From: Candidatus Nitrosopumilus koreensis AR1
GTDB taxonomy: Archaea > Thermoproteota > Nitrososphaeria > Nitrososphaerales > Nitrosopumilaceae
DNA: 32,000 bases
Assembly: GCF_000299365.1 (NCBI RefSeq)
Contig: NC_018655.1
Location: 1,020,001 to 1,052,000 of the forward strand
Direction: 5' to 3'
A program made the translations under genes and the position numbers. The stretch's first letter is position 1; each line of letters starts with the position of its first letter. Positions 1-8,685 of the stretch are shown here, piece by piece. A model generated the notes under the pieces. The model was not told the DNA's origin. It did no database searches and saw only the letters and a program-made list of their open reading frames with translations.

Positions 1-1
1 A

Positions 2-439
2 CATAGGATACATAATTGGCTCTGTTTTTTCTTTTTGTTATTGATAGCAGGACTGACATCAGCATTGGGAATGTTTCAAGTTCCAAACGCATCACTACAA
101 GACACATTCAAAATATCTAACAAAAAATCAAGTAGAATTGTTTCTTTGGGACTGCTTGCAGTAGGGCTACCATCAGCTTTGAGCTACAGTCCAATAAATC
201 TGAATATTTTTGGAACGCCTTTTTTGGATGGGATGGATTACATCTTTGGCACATATGGAATTGTCATATCAGAGTTACTCTTTGTAGTGGCAGTTACATG
301 GGTTGTAGATAAAACAAAGATCTTAGAACATATCAACACTAATTCCAGTCTCAAGATACCAGAGTCTGCAATATCATTCATTAAATTCGGAGCACCAGTT
401 GCCTCAATAGTGGTTATTTTAACAAGTATGTTTGTTTAA
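2..439 (+). CDS. C-terminal fragment of a sodium-dependent (NSS/SNF-like) transporter; 5' end lies outside the window
   Basis: The frame is open from nt 2 (HRIHNWLCFFFLLLIAGLTSALG...), so the track M at 35 is internal. 'LLLIAGLTSA' resembles the NSS-family TM8 '(F)AGLTS' motif. The remainder is several hydrophobic helices. Confidence 0.5.
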   Translation, partial: HRIHNWLCFFFLLLIAGLTSALGMFQVPNASLQDTFKISNKKSSRIVSLGLLAVGLPSALSYSPINLNIFGTPFLDGMDYIFGTYGIVISELLFVVAVTWVVDKTKILEHINTNSSLKIPESAISFIKFGAPVASIVVILTSMFV

Positions 440-441
440 GA

Positions 442-1140
442 TTATTTGAGTCCAGCTTTTTCTTTCATTTTTGAAAATGATCTTCCCTCACCATGACGTG
501 GATTTGGTTTTCTTTGTTTTAGACGAGTTTTTGTTCCAATTTTTGCAGATTTTTCTTTTACTATCAACACAGGAATGTCTGAATTTTGCATTACAAAATT
601 AGAAACACTTCCAAAAATTAACTCCTTTAGCATTCCTTTACCTGAGGAGCCCATAATGATCATATCATATTTGGATTTTTTTGAGATTTTGATAATCTCT
701 TCAGGTTCATGACCACGTACAGTCATTTGTTTAGCTACTATGTTTCTTTCATCACAGTAATCTTTTGCATACTTGAGGGATATTTTTGAAGTTTTTTGAA
801 GTTCCTTTGCTATCTCTTTCATAAAGATCCTATTTCCCACCTTGAGATCAGGAATAACATACAATAATGTGATTTTTGAGCCCAATTGTTTTGCAAAATA
901 TATGGCAGCATCTAATGCCCTTGTTGATTTTTCAGATATGTCTACTGGAACCAAGATGCTATCAATTCCTTTGCGAATAATTTTTTTCTCATTTCTATTA
1001 CATTTTTCACATAAAGGTAAACGAATCGAGGATTTGATATCTATCTCTCCAATAAACTTGCCACAGACAGAGCACTTTACTTGTTTTTTATCATAAATGT
1101 TCATAGTATGTTTTGAATTAGCATTATTTTGATTTATCAT
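442..1140 (-). CDS. Universal stress protein (UspA-domain) with N-terminal zinc ribbon
   Basis: The N-terminus has CxxC...CxxC (CSVCGKF...CEKCNR). A UspA fold follows: 'ILVPVDISEKSTRALDAAIYFAKQLGSKITLLYV' and the ATP-loop-like 'MIIMGSSGKGMLKELIFGSVSNFVMQNSDIPVLIV'. An alternative start is the internal M at 1104. Confidence 0.8.
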   Translation of the reverse strand: MINQNNANSKHTMNIYDKKQVKCSVCGKFIGEIDIKSSIRLPLCEKCNRNEKKIIRKGIDSILVPVDISEKSTRALDAAIYFAKQLGSKITLLYVIPDLKVGNRIFMKEIAKELQKTSKISLKYAKDYCDERNIVAKQMTVRGHEPEEIIKISKKSKYDMIIMGSSGKGMLKELIFGSVSNFVMQNSDIPVLIVKEKSAKIGTKTRLKQRKPNPRHGEGRSFSKMKEKAGLK

Positions 1141-1337
1141 GTATTAAGCTATAATTGATATTTTCAAACCATCAGCTTATTTGAATAAAAGATGTGAGGG
1201 AGAAAATGAACAAAACAATACGAATAGGCATTAAATGATTATTGCAATTTAAATTCACAAATTTGCATAAGCTGTATTTGTTAATTTCAGCTGATTTTAG
1301 TATTAGAACTAAAGTAATTTTGAGACTAAACCATTGT

Positions 1338-1553
1338 ATGTCAAAACTACAACTACTTCAACAACTAGTTGAAGACAAAGGTGAGCTGATGGTAATGTCA
1401 GACACTGGTGAGAAATTTGAACTTCACAAACACAATGTAAAGTTTGACGACTCATCAGATCTAATAGAAATTGATGGGGGAACTAAGAGGTTCTGGCTTG
1501 TTCCATCAAAGATTGCATACTATTGGACTCACGACAAAGCCAGAGAAGAGTAA
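1338..1553 (+). CDS. Small hypothetical protein (71 aa)
   Basis: ATG at 1338 (MSKLQLLQQLVEDKGE...) lies inside the 1242..1553 ORF. The upstream part of the track ORF is low-complexity and AT-rich with a TTG start. No recognisable domain. Confidence 0.4.
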   Translation: MSKLQLLQQLVEDKGELMVMSDTGEKFELHKHNVKFDDSSDLIEIDGGTKRFWLVPSKIAYYWTHDKAREE

Positions 1554-1707
1554 TTCTTCCCAGGTTCTATTACTGCCAAATATTTTTTTATTTTAAAATT
1601 GGTATTATTTTTGTGAAAGTTTAGAAAGTTCCAATTTTTTCATTATTTTTTGGTTTTATTGTCAAGTATTATGATCTTTTAAGTACTATTCCAACACTTA
1701 TTTTTCA

Positions 1708-2859
1708 ATGACTAAATCAATGAGAGCTACGACTTTTCTATTGTTACTATCAATCATGCTAATCTTAGCACCTTCAAGTGTTATGGCACAAACTGAAGTT
1801 GGTGTGGAATCTGAAACAAAGGCAAATGTAGGTGTTAATGTTGGCGCAGATAGCGGAACAAATGCAACAGCAAAATCTGAAACAAAAGCTGAAGCAAAGA
1901 CTGAAGCAAATCCTAAATCTCAAGAAAATGAATCTTCAGAATCTCAACAATCCTCTGAGGCACAGTCAGAAGCATCTGCAAAATCTGAAACAAAAGTCCA
2001 AACCACAGTTGGCAACATTGGAGTTACAGCTATGGGAAAGGGAAAGATGATTGTGGGACTTCCTACAAAGTATCCAATGCCGGCAGTTAGTGCATCTAAT
2101 TCATTTGGATTACAAACTAATCAGCATTTGTACAAACCAGGGGACATGATAACGGTTGAAGGTTCCATATGGGCAGATCTTTTGGCAAATCTTGATGGAG
2201 GTGATACAGTTACAGTAAATCTACTTGACAAACAACGAAATGTTGTTTACGAGACAAAATCACAAATAACTACTGAGGGAGAATATTCTGCAGAGTTCAT
2301 GATGCCTGATGATGCATCAAAAGGAGCATACACAATTACTGCTTCTGTAAATACTGAATCTGATCTTTCAAGCATTGTAGGATTAAACGGAAAGGTAAAC
2401 TTGGGCGCCAGCACCAAAGTTGCTGTAGTTCCACCTCAAGTGTTCAAAATCAATGTTGAAGAGCACGGAGATTTTGATGTCAAAGTAGCAACAAACTCGA
2501 CTATAACAGATGTCCAGTTTAATGGAGATCAAAAGAAAGTATCCGTAACAGTCGAGGGTCAATCAGGTACAAAAGGAGTCAGTCACATATCAATTCCAAA
2601 AGCGATGGTAAGTGGTGATCTCAAAATAATGATTGATGGAAAAGCAGTAGCTAGCGACAAAACCGTGATAACGTCACATACAGAAAATGAGACCGAAGTT
2701 GAGGTAAGTTATGGTCACAGTGTCCATACTATTGACGTGATAGGTACTCAGGCAGTTCCAGAATTTGGCACAATTGCAACTATGATTTTGGTTGTAGCCA
2801 TAGTGTCAATAATTGCTGTCAGTGCAAAATCCAAACTAAGCATAGTTCCAAAACTATAA
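1708..2859 (+). CDS. Secreted surface protein with PEFG-CTERM-type sorting signal
   Basis: Sec signal (MTKSMRATTFLLLLSIMLILAPSSVMA|QTE), then an S/E/T/K/A-rich low-complexity linker and a beta-rich body. The C-terminal 'AVPEFGTIATMILVVAIVSIIAVSAKSK' is a PEFG motif plus TM helix plus basic tail. Confidence 0.75.
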   Translation: MTKSMRATTFLLLLSIMLILAPSSVMAQTEVGVESETKANVGVNVGADSGTNATAKSETKAEAKTEANPKSQENESSESQQSSEAQSEASAKSETKVQTTVGNIGVTAMGKGKMIVGLPTKYPMPAVSASNSFGLQTNQHLYKPGDMITVEGSIWADLLANLDGGDTVTVNLLDKQRNVVYETKSQITTEGEYSAEFMMPDDASKGAYTITASVNTESDLSSIVGLNGKVNLGASTKVAVVPPQVFKINVEEHGDFDVKVATNSTITDVQFNGDQKKVSVTVEGQSGTKGVSHISIPKAMVSGDLKIMIDGKAVASDKTVITSHTENETEVEVSYGHSVHTIDVIGTQAVPEFGTIATMILVVAIVSIIAVSAKSKLSIVPKL

Positions 2860-3026
2860 TTCCTCTTTTTTATTCTGCACATAGTTAATTCTTAAAGGAA
2901 TTAACAATGTTTGTTTCAAAAGTGATCAAACATTAAGAAAAGCCAACAGTACTCAATCATCTCAGACAACATTTTCTCATTAGGAATAAAAATAGTCATA
3001 AAAAAGATGAAAACGATTTATTAGTT

Positions 3027-4427
3027 TTGCAGATAATAAAAAATGTGAATAATTCAAAGAGAATTACCATTCAAGGAATCATCGTATTTTCTAGTGTAAT
3101 GTTATCTTTATCGCTATGGTTTTTCATAATGGTTCCAGAATTTCAAAAATTAGATGACAGTTATTCGTTGATTCTAGAATATGATGCACAGACCACCATG
3201 GTAGATGATGTTTATGGAGAATTACACGGACCATACTTACAACGAGACATATTATATGAAAAAGTAATTGAAAGAGACGGAGACATACTTACAATAGAAT
3301 CATCAGTAACGGGTACCAACGTATTGACAGATGAAGTAATGTTTCATGTTGATAACATCTACAAGGTGAATGCATACACACTAACGCACGTAGATAAAGA
3401 AGGAAAAAGATTCAAATTTTTGCCAGGTGTTGAGAAAAAAAATTATGACTTTTTTCATTCTGCTGTATTTTATGATGATCCGATGACGTTTAAAAAAACA
3501 GATGTTGTCAACGGTTTAGAAACATATGTTTTTGAAGTAGTGACAAATGGTGCAGACACATCACGCGCATTTCCTCAATTTGCCCCACATGTGATTTTAA
3601 CAGATACAACATCAAGATTATGGATAGAACCAACAACTGGAAATCTTGTAAAATTTGAAAAAGAATGGGACAATTATTTAGTTGAAAATGGAAAACGCGT
3701 AAACACTATTCAAATAGGCGGAAAACATACAACTGAATTTACAGAACTTATTTTAACACAGCATGCAAGAGCAGAAATAGAGAATCTTAAGACTATTAAT
3801 TTCTGGATTCCAGCATTATTATCAATAATAATTTTGGGTGTAGGAACAATTTGGATTTTATTAACATTTTTGTACACCATAAAGAAAGAATCGCTGAAAA
3901 AAGAACAAATGGCAATTATTGGAAATATTGCTGCAAACATTGCTCATGATTTAAAAAATCCGTTAACAGTCATAAAAGGAAATATAGATGTATTAAAACA
4001 CACAAATAATTCTGAAATTAAAAAAAATATAGAGTTAATTCAAAAAAGTACAGATAAAATTTCATATCAAATAAATTCCATAATGAATTTTGTTAGAAAT
4101 AAACCATTACAAAAAGAAAAAATACCATTAAAAACAGTTTTAGAAGCATCAATTGAAAATTCTCAAATTCCAGACGACATACATCTTGAAAAAGACATAC
4201 CAGACATTACAGTTACAGTCGATGTCAATCAAATAGAAACAGCATTTTCTAACATAATTACAAATTCTATTCAGGCAATAAATGAAGGTACAATAGCAAT
4301 TTCTGCAAAAGAAAATTCAAAACATATAGAAATAATATTTTCAGACTCAGGGCCAGGAATACCAAAATCCAACATAAAGAAAATTTTTGAACCACTGTAC
4401 ACTACCAAAAAAACGGTACAGGTCTAG
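3027..4427 (+). CDS. Membrane sensor histidine kinase (reading frame breaks just before the G2 box)
   Basis: Two TM helices flank a ~230-aa extracytoplasmic domain. H-box 'IAANIAHDLKNPLTVI', N-box 'AFSNIITNSIQAI', G1 'DSGPGIP'. The ORF stops at 4425-4427, immediately after an A7 run. The track start is TTG and is uncertain. Confidence 0.8.
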   Translation: MQIIKNVNNSKRITIQGIIVFSSVMLSLSLWFFIMVPEFQKLDDSYSLILEYDAQTTMVDDVYGELHGPYLQRDILYEKVIERDGDILTIESSVTGTNVLTDEVMFHVDNIYKVNAYTLTHVDKEGKRFKFLPGVEKKNYDFFHSAVFYDDPMTFKKTDVVNGLETYVFEVVTNGADTSRAFPQFAPHVILTDTTSRLWIEPTTGNLVKFEKEWDNYLVENGKRVNTIQIGGKHTTEFTELILTQHARAEIENLKTINFWIPALLSIIILGVGTIWILLTFLYTIKKESLKKEQMAIIGNIAANIAHDLKNPLTVIKGNIDVLKHTNNSEIKKNIELIQKSTDKISYQINSIMNFVRNKPLQKEKIPLKTVLEASIENSQIPDDIHLEKDIPDITVTVDVNQIETAFSNIITNSIQAINEGTIAISAKENSKHIEIIFSDSGPGIPKSNIKKIFEPLYTTKKTVQV

Positions 4428-4522
4428 GCCTTGCAAGCACTAAAACAACAATTGAAAAACATGGTGGAAGTATTTCAGTTAAGAACGAACCAACAAGATT
4501 CATAATTCAATTACCAAAATAA
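4415..4522 (+). other. Out-of-frame continuation of the histidine kinase (G2 box and C-terminus)
   Basis: The adjacent frame reads (N)GTGLGLASTKTTIEKHGGSISVKNEPTRFIIQLPK*, ending at TAA 4520-4522. One extra A in the A7 run (4407-4413) would fuse it to 3027..4427. Confidence 0.8.
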
Positions 4523-4540
4523 TTCCAAAAATTTTAAAAT

Positions 4541-4562
4541 AAATACAGGAGAGCCGACTAGT
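4541..4562 (+). repeat. Left copy of 22-bp direct repeat (candidate attL core)
   Basis: AAATACAGGAGAGCCGACTAGT, identical to 31034-31055. It begins 19 bp after the kinase stop. Confidence 0.8.
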
Positions 4563-4662
4563 AGTCAACCATTTTAGACACTATTTTAGCCCCGTTTAGG
4601 CACAAATTATCAAAAGTTCAGTTTTCCTGTTTTCTTTATCTTATGCTTGCATTCTAGTTGAT

Positions 4663-4896
4663 TTAGTCTAGTAATTCACAGGTTATTGTTTCAATAGCCT
4701 CTTTTCTTGCTTGATCATCATTGTGCCAAACATGTTTTCCAAGACTAACCCCGTAATCTATCATAGATTGGAGTCTCAAATCACCAGTTACAAAACCATT
4801 CCAAACAGAAAGCAATCCAATTGCGACAATTCTATTTTTTGTGTTTTCTCTTGCTAGTAAACATTGATTCATAACCCATTGTTCTTTTTCGAACAT
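4663..4896 (-). CDS. Hypothetical protein (77 aa)
   Basis: ATG-initiated ORF just inside the left island end. No recognisable motif. Confidence 0.35.
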   Translation of the reverse strand: MFEKEQWVMNQCLLARENTKNRIVAIGLLSVWNGFVTGDLRLQSMIDYGVSLGKHVWHNDDQARKEAIETITCELLD

Positions 4897-5169
4897 ATAA
4901 CAAGTTTTAAAAAATGAAAAAACGAAGACTGTTTACGCACACAACGACAATAATGAAAATATGATTTGAAAAACAGTTCTTTTAAACCCGTATGAAATTA
5001 TTCTCTCATGAGTTATGAATTACCTTCTTTTATTTTGGTAATTATCCGTCTTTTTGCTACCTATAAGAAATAATTTTCTGTTTTTGAGAATTAGTTAAAA
5101 CATTATTAGTATCAAGTTTGGCTTTGCCTTTATGAATATGTGCAGATATTACTTTAAAGGAAATTAAAA

Positions 5170-6612
5170 ATGAAGAAAAAATTTCTTATTCTAATCCCAC
5201 TTGTTCTTGCAAGTTTTGTGCATTTGCTAAATCCGGTTGGGTATCCTGAGATTTTCTTTGATGAGGGAATATACATGCGACGTGCAATGACTACTATTGA
5301 AACTGGCAGCCCTCAGGAGAGTTATCTTTATGATCATCCGTATCTTGGACAGTTAATTCTTGCAGGAGTTTTGCAAATAACAAACTATCCTCCAGATGTA
5401 TCTGCTGATCCTCAATCCCTACAAAGTCTGTATCTTATCCCAAGACTGTTTATGGGAATGCTTGCAATACTGAGCACATTCTTGGTTTACCTGATTGCAA
5501 GAGAAAAATTTGGAACAAATGTTGCACTGATATCCTCTACCCTATTTGCAGTAATGCCCTACACTTGGATATTTGATAGAATCTTACTTGACTCTATACT
5601 CTTGCCGTTTTTGCTTGCATCAATACTGCTTGCTATACATTATGCAAAACCGGAAGGGAAGGTGTGGCTTGCACCTCTGTCAGGTATATTGCTTGGTCTT
5701 GCAATCTTTACAAAAATCCCTGCATTCGTGTTCATTCCACTTGTCATATGGTTGGTGTATCAAAAGAGAAGAAAATTCTCTGACATGATAATTTGGATAA
5801 TGCCTGTATTACTGATTCCGATGCTTTGGCCTGCAAATGCAATTATGCTAGATCAGTTTGATTTGTGGATAAATGATGTGTTGTGGCAAAGCCAAAGAAG
5901 TAACAGTATATTTGAAATCATTGGATATTTTCTTTACATTGATCCAGTACTGTTTGCAATTGGCATGACAGGAATTGTCTATGCTGGAATAACTAGAAAC
6001 AAGTTTGTCTTGTTTTGGTTTGTACCGTTCATGGTATTTCTGTCACTAGTTGGATTCAAGCAATACTTTCACTGGATTCCACTCATCCCGATTTTGTGCA
6101 TTGCAGCAAGCATATGGCTGCTTGATTTGCCAAAAAAGATCAAAACATTGCAATCAAAACGACTACATGGAATAGTTATTGTATCAATTCTAGTCTTTGG
6201 ATTGTCTAGCACACTTTTAGTAATCACAAATGACATGTCCATAACTCAGTTTGAAGCATTGTCTTTTGTTCTGCAAAATCAAGATGATAAAAATACAATT
6301 CTTGCTAGTCCTGTGTATACTTGGATTCTTTATGATGTATTTGATATCTCAAATGTTCCAATAGACTATTCGATGATCTTGTTTTATCCAATACCTACAA
6401 ATGTCATTACCGTAATTGCAGATGAGCACTTTATGCTAGACCGTAACAGAGGAGTAGAGATTATCCATGCTTACAACAACACTGAATCTATTCAATCATT
6501 TGAAAATGTTGCAACTGTGTTTGATAATAGGATCTATCCTTACACAAACTTGAGAGTCAACCAAGAAGGAATGCTTATTGATATTAGAGAGGGTCAATGG
6601 ATCAAACCATAG
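5170..6612 (+). CDS. GT-C fold membrane glycosyltransferase (PMT_2/ArnT-like, GT39/GT83-type)
   Basis: 480 aa with many TM helices. The first extracytoplasmic loop 'FFDEGIYMRRA' carries the acidic DE motif typical of GT-C enzymes. A soluble C-terminal ~120 aa follows. Confidence 0.7.
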   Translation: MKKKFLILIPLVLASFVHLLNPVGYPEIFFDEGIYMRRAMTTIETGSPQESYLYDHPYLGQLILAGVLQITNYPPDVSADPQSLQSLYLIPRLFMGMLAILSTFLVYLIAREKFGTNVALISSTLFAVMPYTWIFDRILLDSILLPFLLASILLAIHYAKPEGKVWLAPLSGILLGLAIFTKIPAFVFIPLVIWLVYQKRRKFSDMIIWIMPVLLIPMLWPANAIMLDQFDLWINDVLWQSQRSNSIFEIIGYFLYIDPVLFAIGMTGIVYAGITRNKFVLFWFVPFMVFLSLVGFKQYFHWIPLIPILCIAASIWLLDLPKKIKTLQSKRLHGIVIVSILVFGLSSTLLVITNDMSITQFEALSFVLQNQDDKNTILASPVYTWILYDVFDISNVPIDYSMILFYPIPTNVITVIADEHFMLDRNRGVEIIHAYNNTESIQSFENVATVFDNRIYPYTNLRVNQEGMLIDIREGQWIKP

Positions 6613-6670
6613 TCATAAAAGTAATTTTTTACATGAAACATTTTAATCCAAATCTGAGAGGAAAATTCCA

Positions 6671-7816
6671 TTGCAATCTACTGAAGTCTCTATAATCTTG
6701 CCAACATACAACGAATCTCAGAATATCTCAGAGATACTTGAGCATATTCAAAAGTCAGTTCCAGAGAATCTAAGAGCTGAAACTATAGTCGTTGATGACA
6801 ATTCCCCTGACAATACTGCAAAGATTGCAGAAGACTATTTTCATTCAATTGCAGAAAAGACCCATCACACAATCAACGTAATCAAAAGAAAGGCAAGGGA
6901 CGGATTGAGTTCTGCAATTCTAAGCGGAATAGAGCATGCATCAGGACATACAATAGTGGTGATGGACAGTGATTTTTCTCACCCTCCCCATGTTATTCCA
7001 AAACTAATTGATACAATAAAGCAGACAAAATGTGATATTGCAATTGCGTCGCGATATGTCAAAGGCGGTTCCATTCAAGGGTGGCCGTTTAAACGCAAAC
7101 TAATGAGCAAGATTGCAACTGGAATTGCCAAAAAGGGACTTGGCATAGAGTTATACGATCCAATGTCGGGATTCTTTGCGTTTAAAAAAAACATCATTGA
7201 CGGTCTAAAGTTTGATGCAATAGGATACAAGATGTTGCTGGAATTGTTGGTAAAAACCAAGGGGGTAAAAATCCAAGAAGTACCATATACTTTTACCGAC
7301 AGAAAAGATGGTTCAAGCAAACTTGGGGCTGGAACAATACTTGATTACTGCAAGTCAGTATGGAAACTGTACAGATACGGTAAAACAGTAACAAAGTCTG
7401 AGAAAAGAATCTCTGTCAGGTTTTTCTCAAAGGCTGCGCGATTCTTTACAGTAGGAGCATTGGGTCTTGGTGTAAACTATCTTGCATCTCTACTGTTCTC
7501 ATCCAGTCTTGACATGTGGTATCTACACGCGACTATTCTTGGAATTGCTTTCTCAATTACAAGCAACTTTGCACTAAACAAATACTGGACATTTGAAGAC
7601 CGCGACTTTGCACCAAAGAGAACCATTATTCAGTACGGAAAATTTGCAGGGTTTAGCTCAATTGGGGCACTAGTCCAGCTAGGAACGGTGTATTATCTGG
7701 TAGATGAATTCAGTTTGTCATACCCTGTAGCATTGGTATTGGCAGTTGGAACCGCGGCATTTAGCAACTTTGTACTGAACAAAAAATGGACATTTAAAGA
7801 AAAAGTCTGGAGCTAG
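6671..7816 (+). CDS. GT2 polyprenyl-phosphate hexosyltransferase (DPM1-like) fused to a GtrA-like membrane domain
   Basis: GT-A motifs 'VSIILPTYNESQNI', 'VVDDNSPDNT' and 'VVMDSDFSHPP' (DxD). The C-terminal 4-TM GtrA-like part has 'NKYWTFEDR' and 'NKKWTFKEK'. The start is TTG in the track. Confidence 0.85.
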   Translation: MQSTEVSIILPTYNESQNISEILEHIQKSVPENLRAETIVVDDNSPDNTAKIAEDYFHSIAEKTHHTINVIKRKARDGLSSAILSGIEHASGHTIVVMDSDFSHPPHVIPKLIDTIKQTKCDIAIASRYVKGGSIQGWPFKRKLMSKIATGIAKKGLGIELYDPMSGFFAFKKNIIDGLKFDAIGYKMLLELLVKTKGVKIQEVPYTFTDRKDGSSKLGAGTILDYCKSVWKLYRYGKTVTKSEKRISVRFFSKAARFFTVGALGLGVNYLASLLFSSSLDMWYLHATILGIAFSITSNFALNKYWTFEDRDFAPKRTIIQYGKFAGFSSIGALVQLGTVYYLVDEFSLSYPVALVLAVGTAAFSNFVLNKKWTFKEKVWS

Positions 7817-7851
7817 ATTTTCATATTATGCTGTAAGCAAAAGTCTAGTTT

Positions 7852-8109
7852 TCATTTTCTTTTTCTCCGCAAAATAACTCCTGCCACAGTTACAAAGATT
7901 CCAATTATGCCACTGAGCAAAAATGTCTGTTTATACATAAACAAAACATAGTCCAATCCTTCTATCGGTTTCATTATTGGTGGCTCAACAGGTGGAAGCA
8001 AGACATATGATGAATAAATTACTGCCAAAAATCCTTCAGTCATTAATGCAATTCCGATAATTATCAAAAGTATGGATTGCAAAACAACAGTACAAGAAAT
8101 GTTTCGCAT
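7852..8109 (-). CDS. Small membrane protein ending in TM helix + RRKRK
   Basis: Hydrophobic helices at both ends, C-terminus '...IFVTVAGVILRRKRK*'. The stop TGA overlaps a vestigial ATGAAAACTAGA cassette start. Confidence 0.5.
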   Translation of the reverse strand: MRNISCTVVLQSILLIIIGIALMTEGFLAVIYSSYVLLPPVEPPIMKPIEGLDYVLFMYKQTFLLSGIIGIFVTVAGVILRRKRK

Positions 8110-8275
8110 ATAATGATTGATAAAATTTTGATTTTAGTAATACTGAAAGATTCAAAGTGGCAAGTACAGGATTTTTACAGTTTGTTTTATTTTCATGATC
8201 TTAAAATCAGATATTCACAGGTTCTTCCATACTGTTGATTTTACGCAGTTAAATAGAATACAAACCATTAGAATC

Positions 8276-8650
8276 ATGGAAGAAAATTCTCTTCGTTATT
8301 GGATTATTCCAATTATTTGTATAGTTGTAGTGATGGGGGTGTTTGTGGTTACAATGGAATACAAGATAAACACTGTTTTTCCTAATGCCGCAGCAGAATT
8401 AGAAGAGATAAAGAAAATGTCATGTCCCGAAATCATAGCAAAAGATTCTGCAAACAAATATTGGACTCCAAAAAACAGTGCAATTGGAAAAGCAAAAGCT
8501 ATTAGCTGCAGCGTTCCAGAAGAAACCAAGAGTTCTGGTCTAAGTCCATATGTTGAGTTTTGCAATCCGGGAGGATTTGCACCAAATAAAATAATTGAAA
8601 ACAGCACGCATTCGTTTAATCATGATACGTGTACATGGAATTCAAAGTAA
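8276..8650 (+). CDS. N-terminally anchored Cys-containing protein (C-terminal CxPGG...THxF...CxW motif)
   Basis: The internal ATG (MEENSLRYWIIPIICIVVVMGVFVV) gives a signal anchor. The C-terminal 'FCNPGGFAPNKIIENSTHSFNHDTCTW' is paralogous to the C-terminus of 9825..10058. Confidence 0.5.
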   Translation: MEENSLRYWIIPIICIVVVMGVFVVTMEYKINTVFPNAAAELEEIKKMSCPEIIAKDSANKYWTPKNSAIGKAKAISCSVPEETKSSGLSPYVEFCNPGGFAPNKIIENSTHSFNHDTCTWNSK

Positions 8651-8685
8651 AAATATTTTTTACAATACAAACTAGACGCTAGTTT

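Noticed and set aside
842-1096. Antisense shadow ORFs inside confident genes: 842..1096, 1832..2050, 3710..3940, 5573..5788, 7075..7320, 8296..8607, 10077..10372, 12080..12337, 12763..13032, 13244..13640, 14596..14802, 17337..17666, 18476..18664, 18959..19153, 19791..20030, 21112..21408, 22718..22930, 23559..24158, 26531..26818, 27308..27601, 28671..28862, 29307..29684, 30607..30945, 31292..31903
   Set aside because: Each lies wholly within, or mostly antisense to or out of frame with, a longer ORF that has clear domain motifs. The sequences are low-complexity or Cys/Phe/Ile-rich, as expected from reverse reading of AT-rich coding DNA.
1800-2000. The repeated AAATCTGAAACAAAAG segments in 1708..2859, as a tandem-repeat or contingency locus
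   Set aside because: There are only three loosely spaced copies, which encode the S/E/T/K low-complexity linker of the surface protein. There is no regular unit length, so this is better explained as a compositionally biased spacer.
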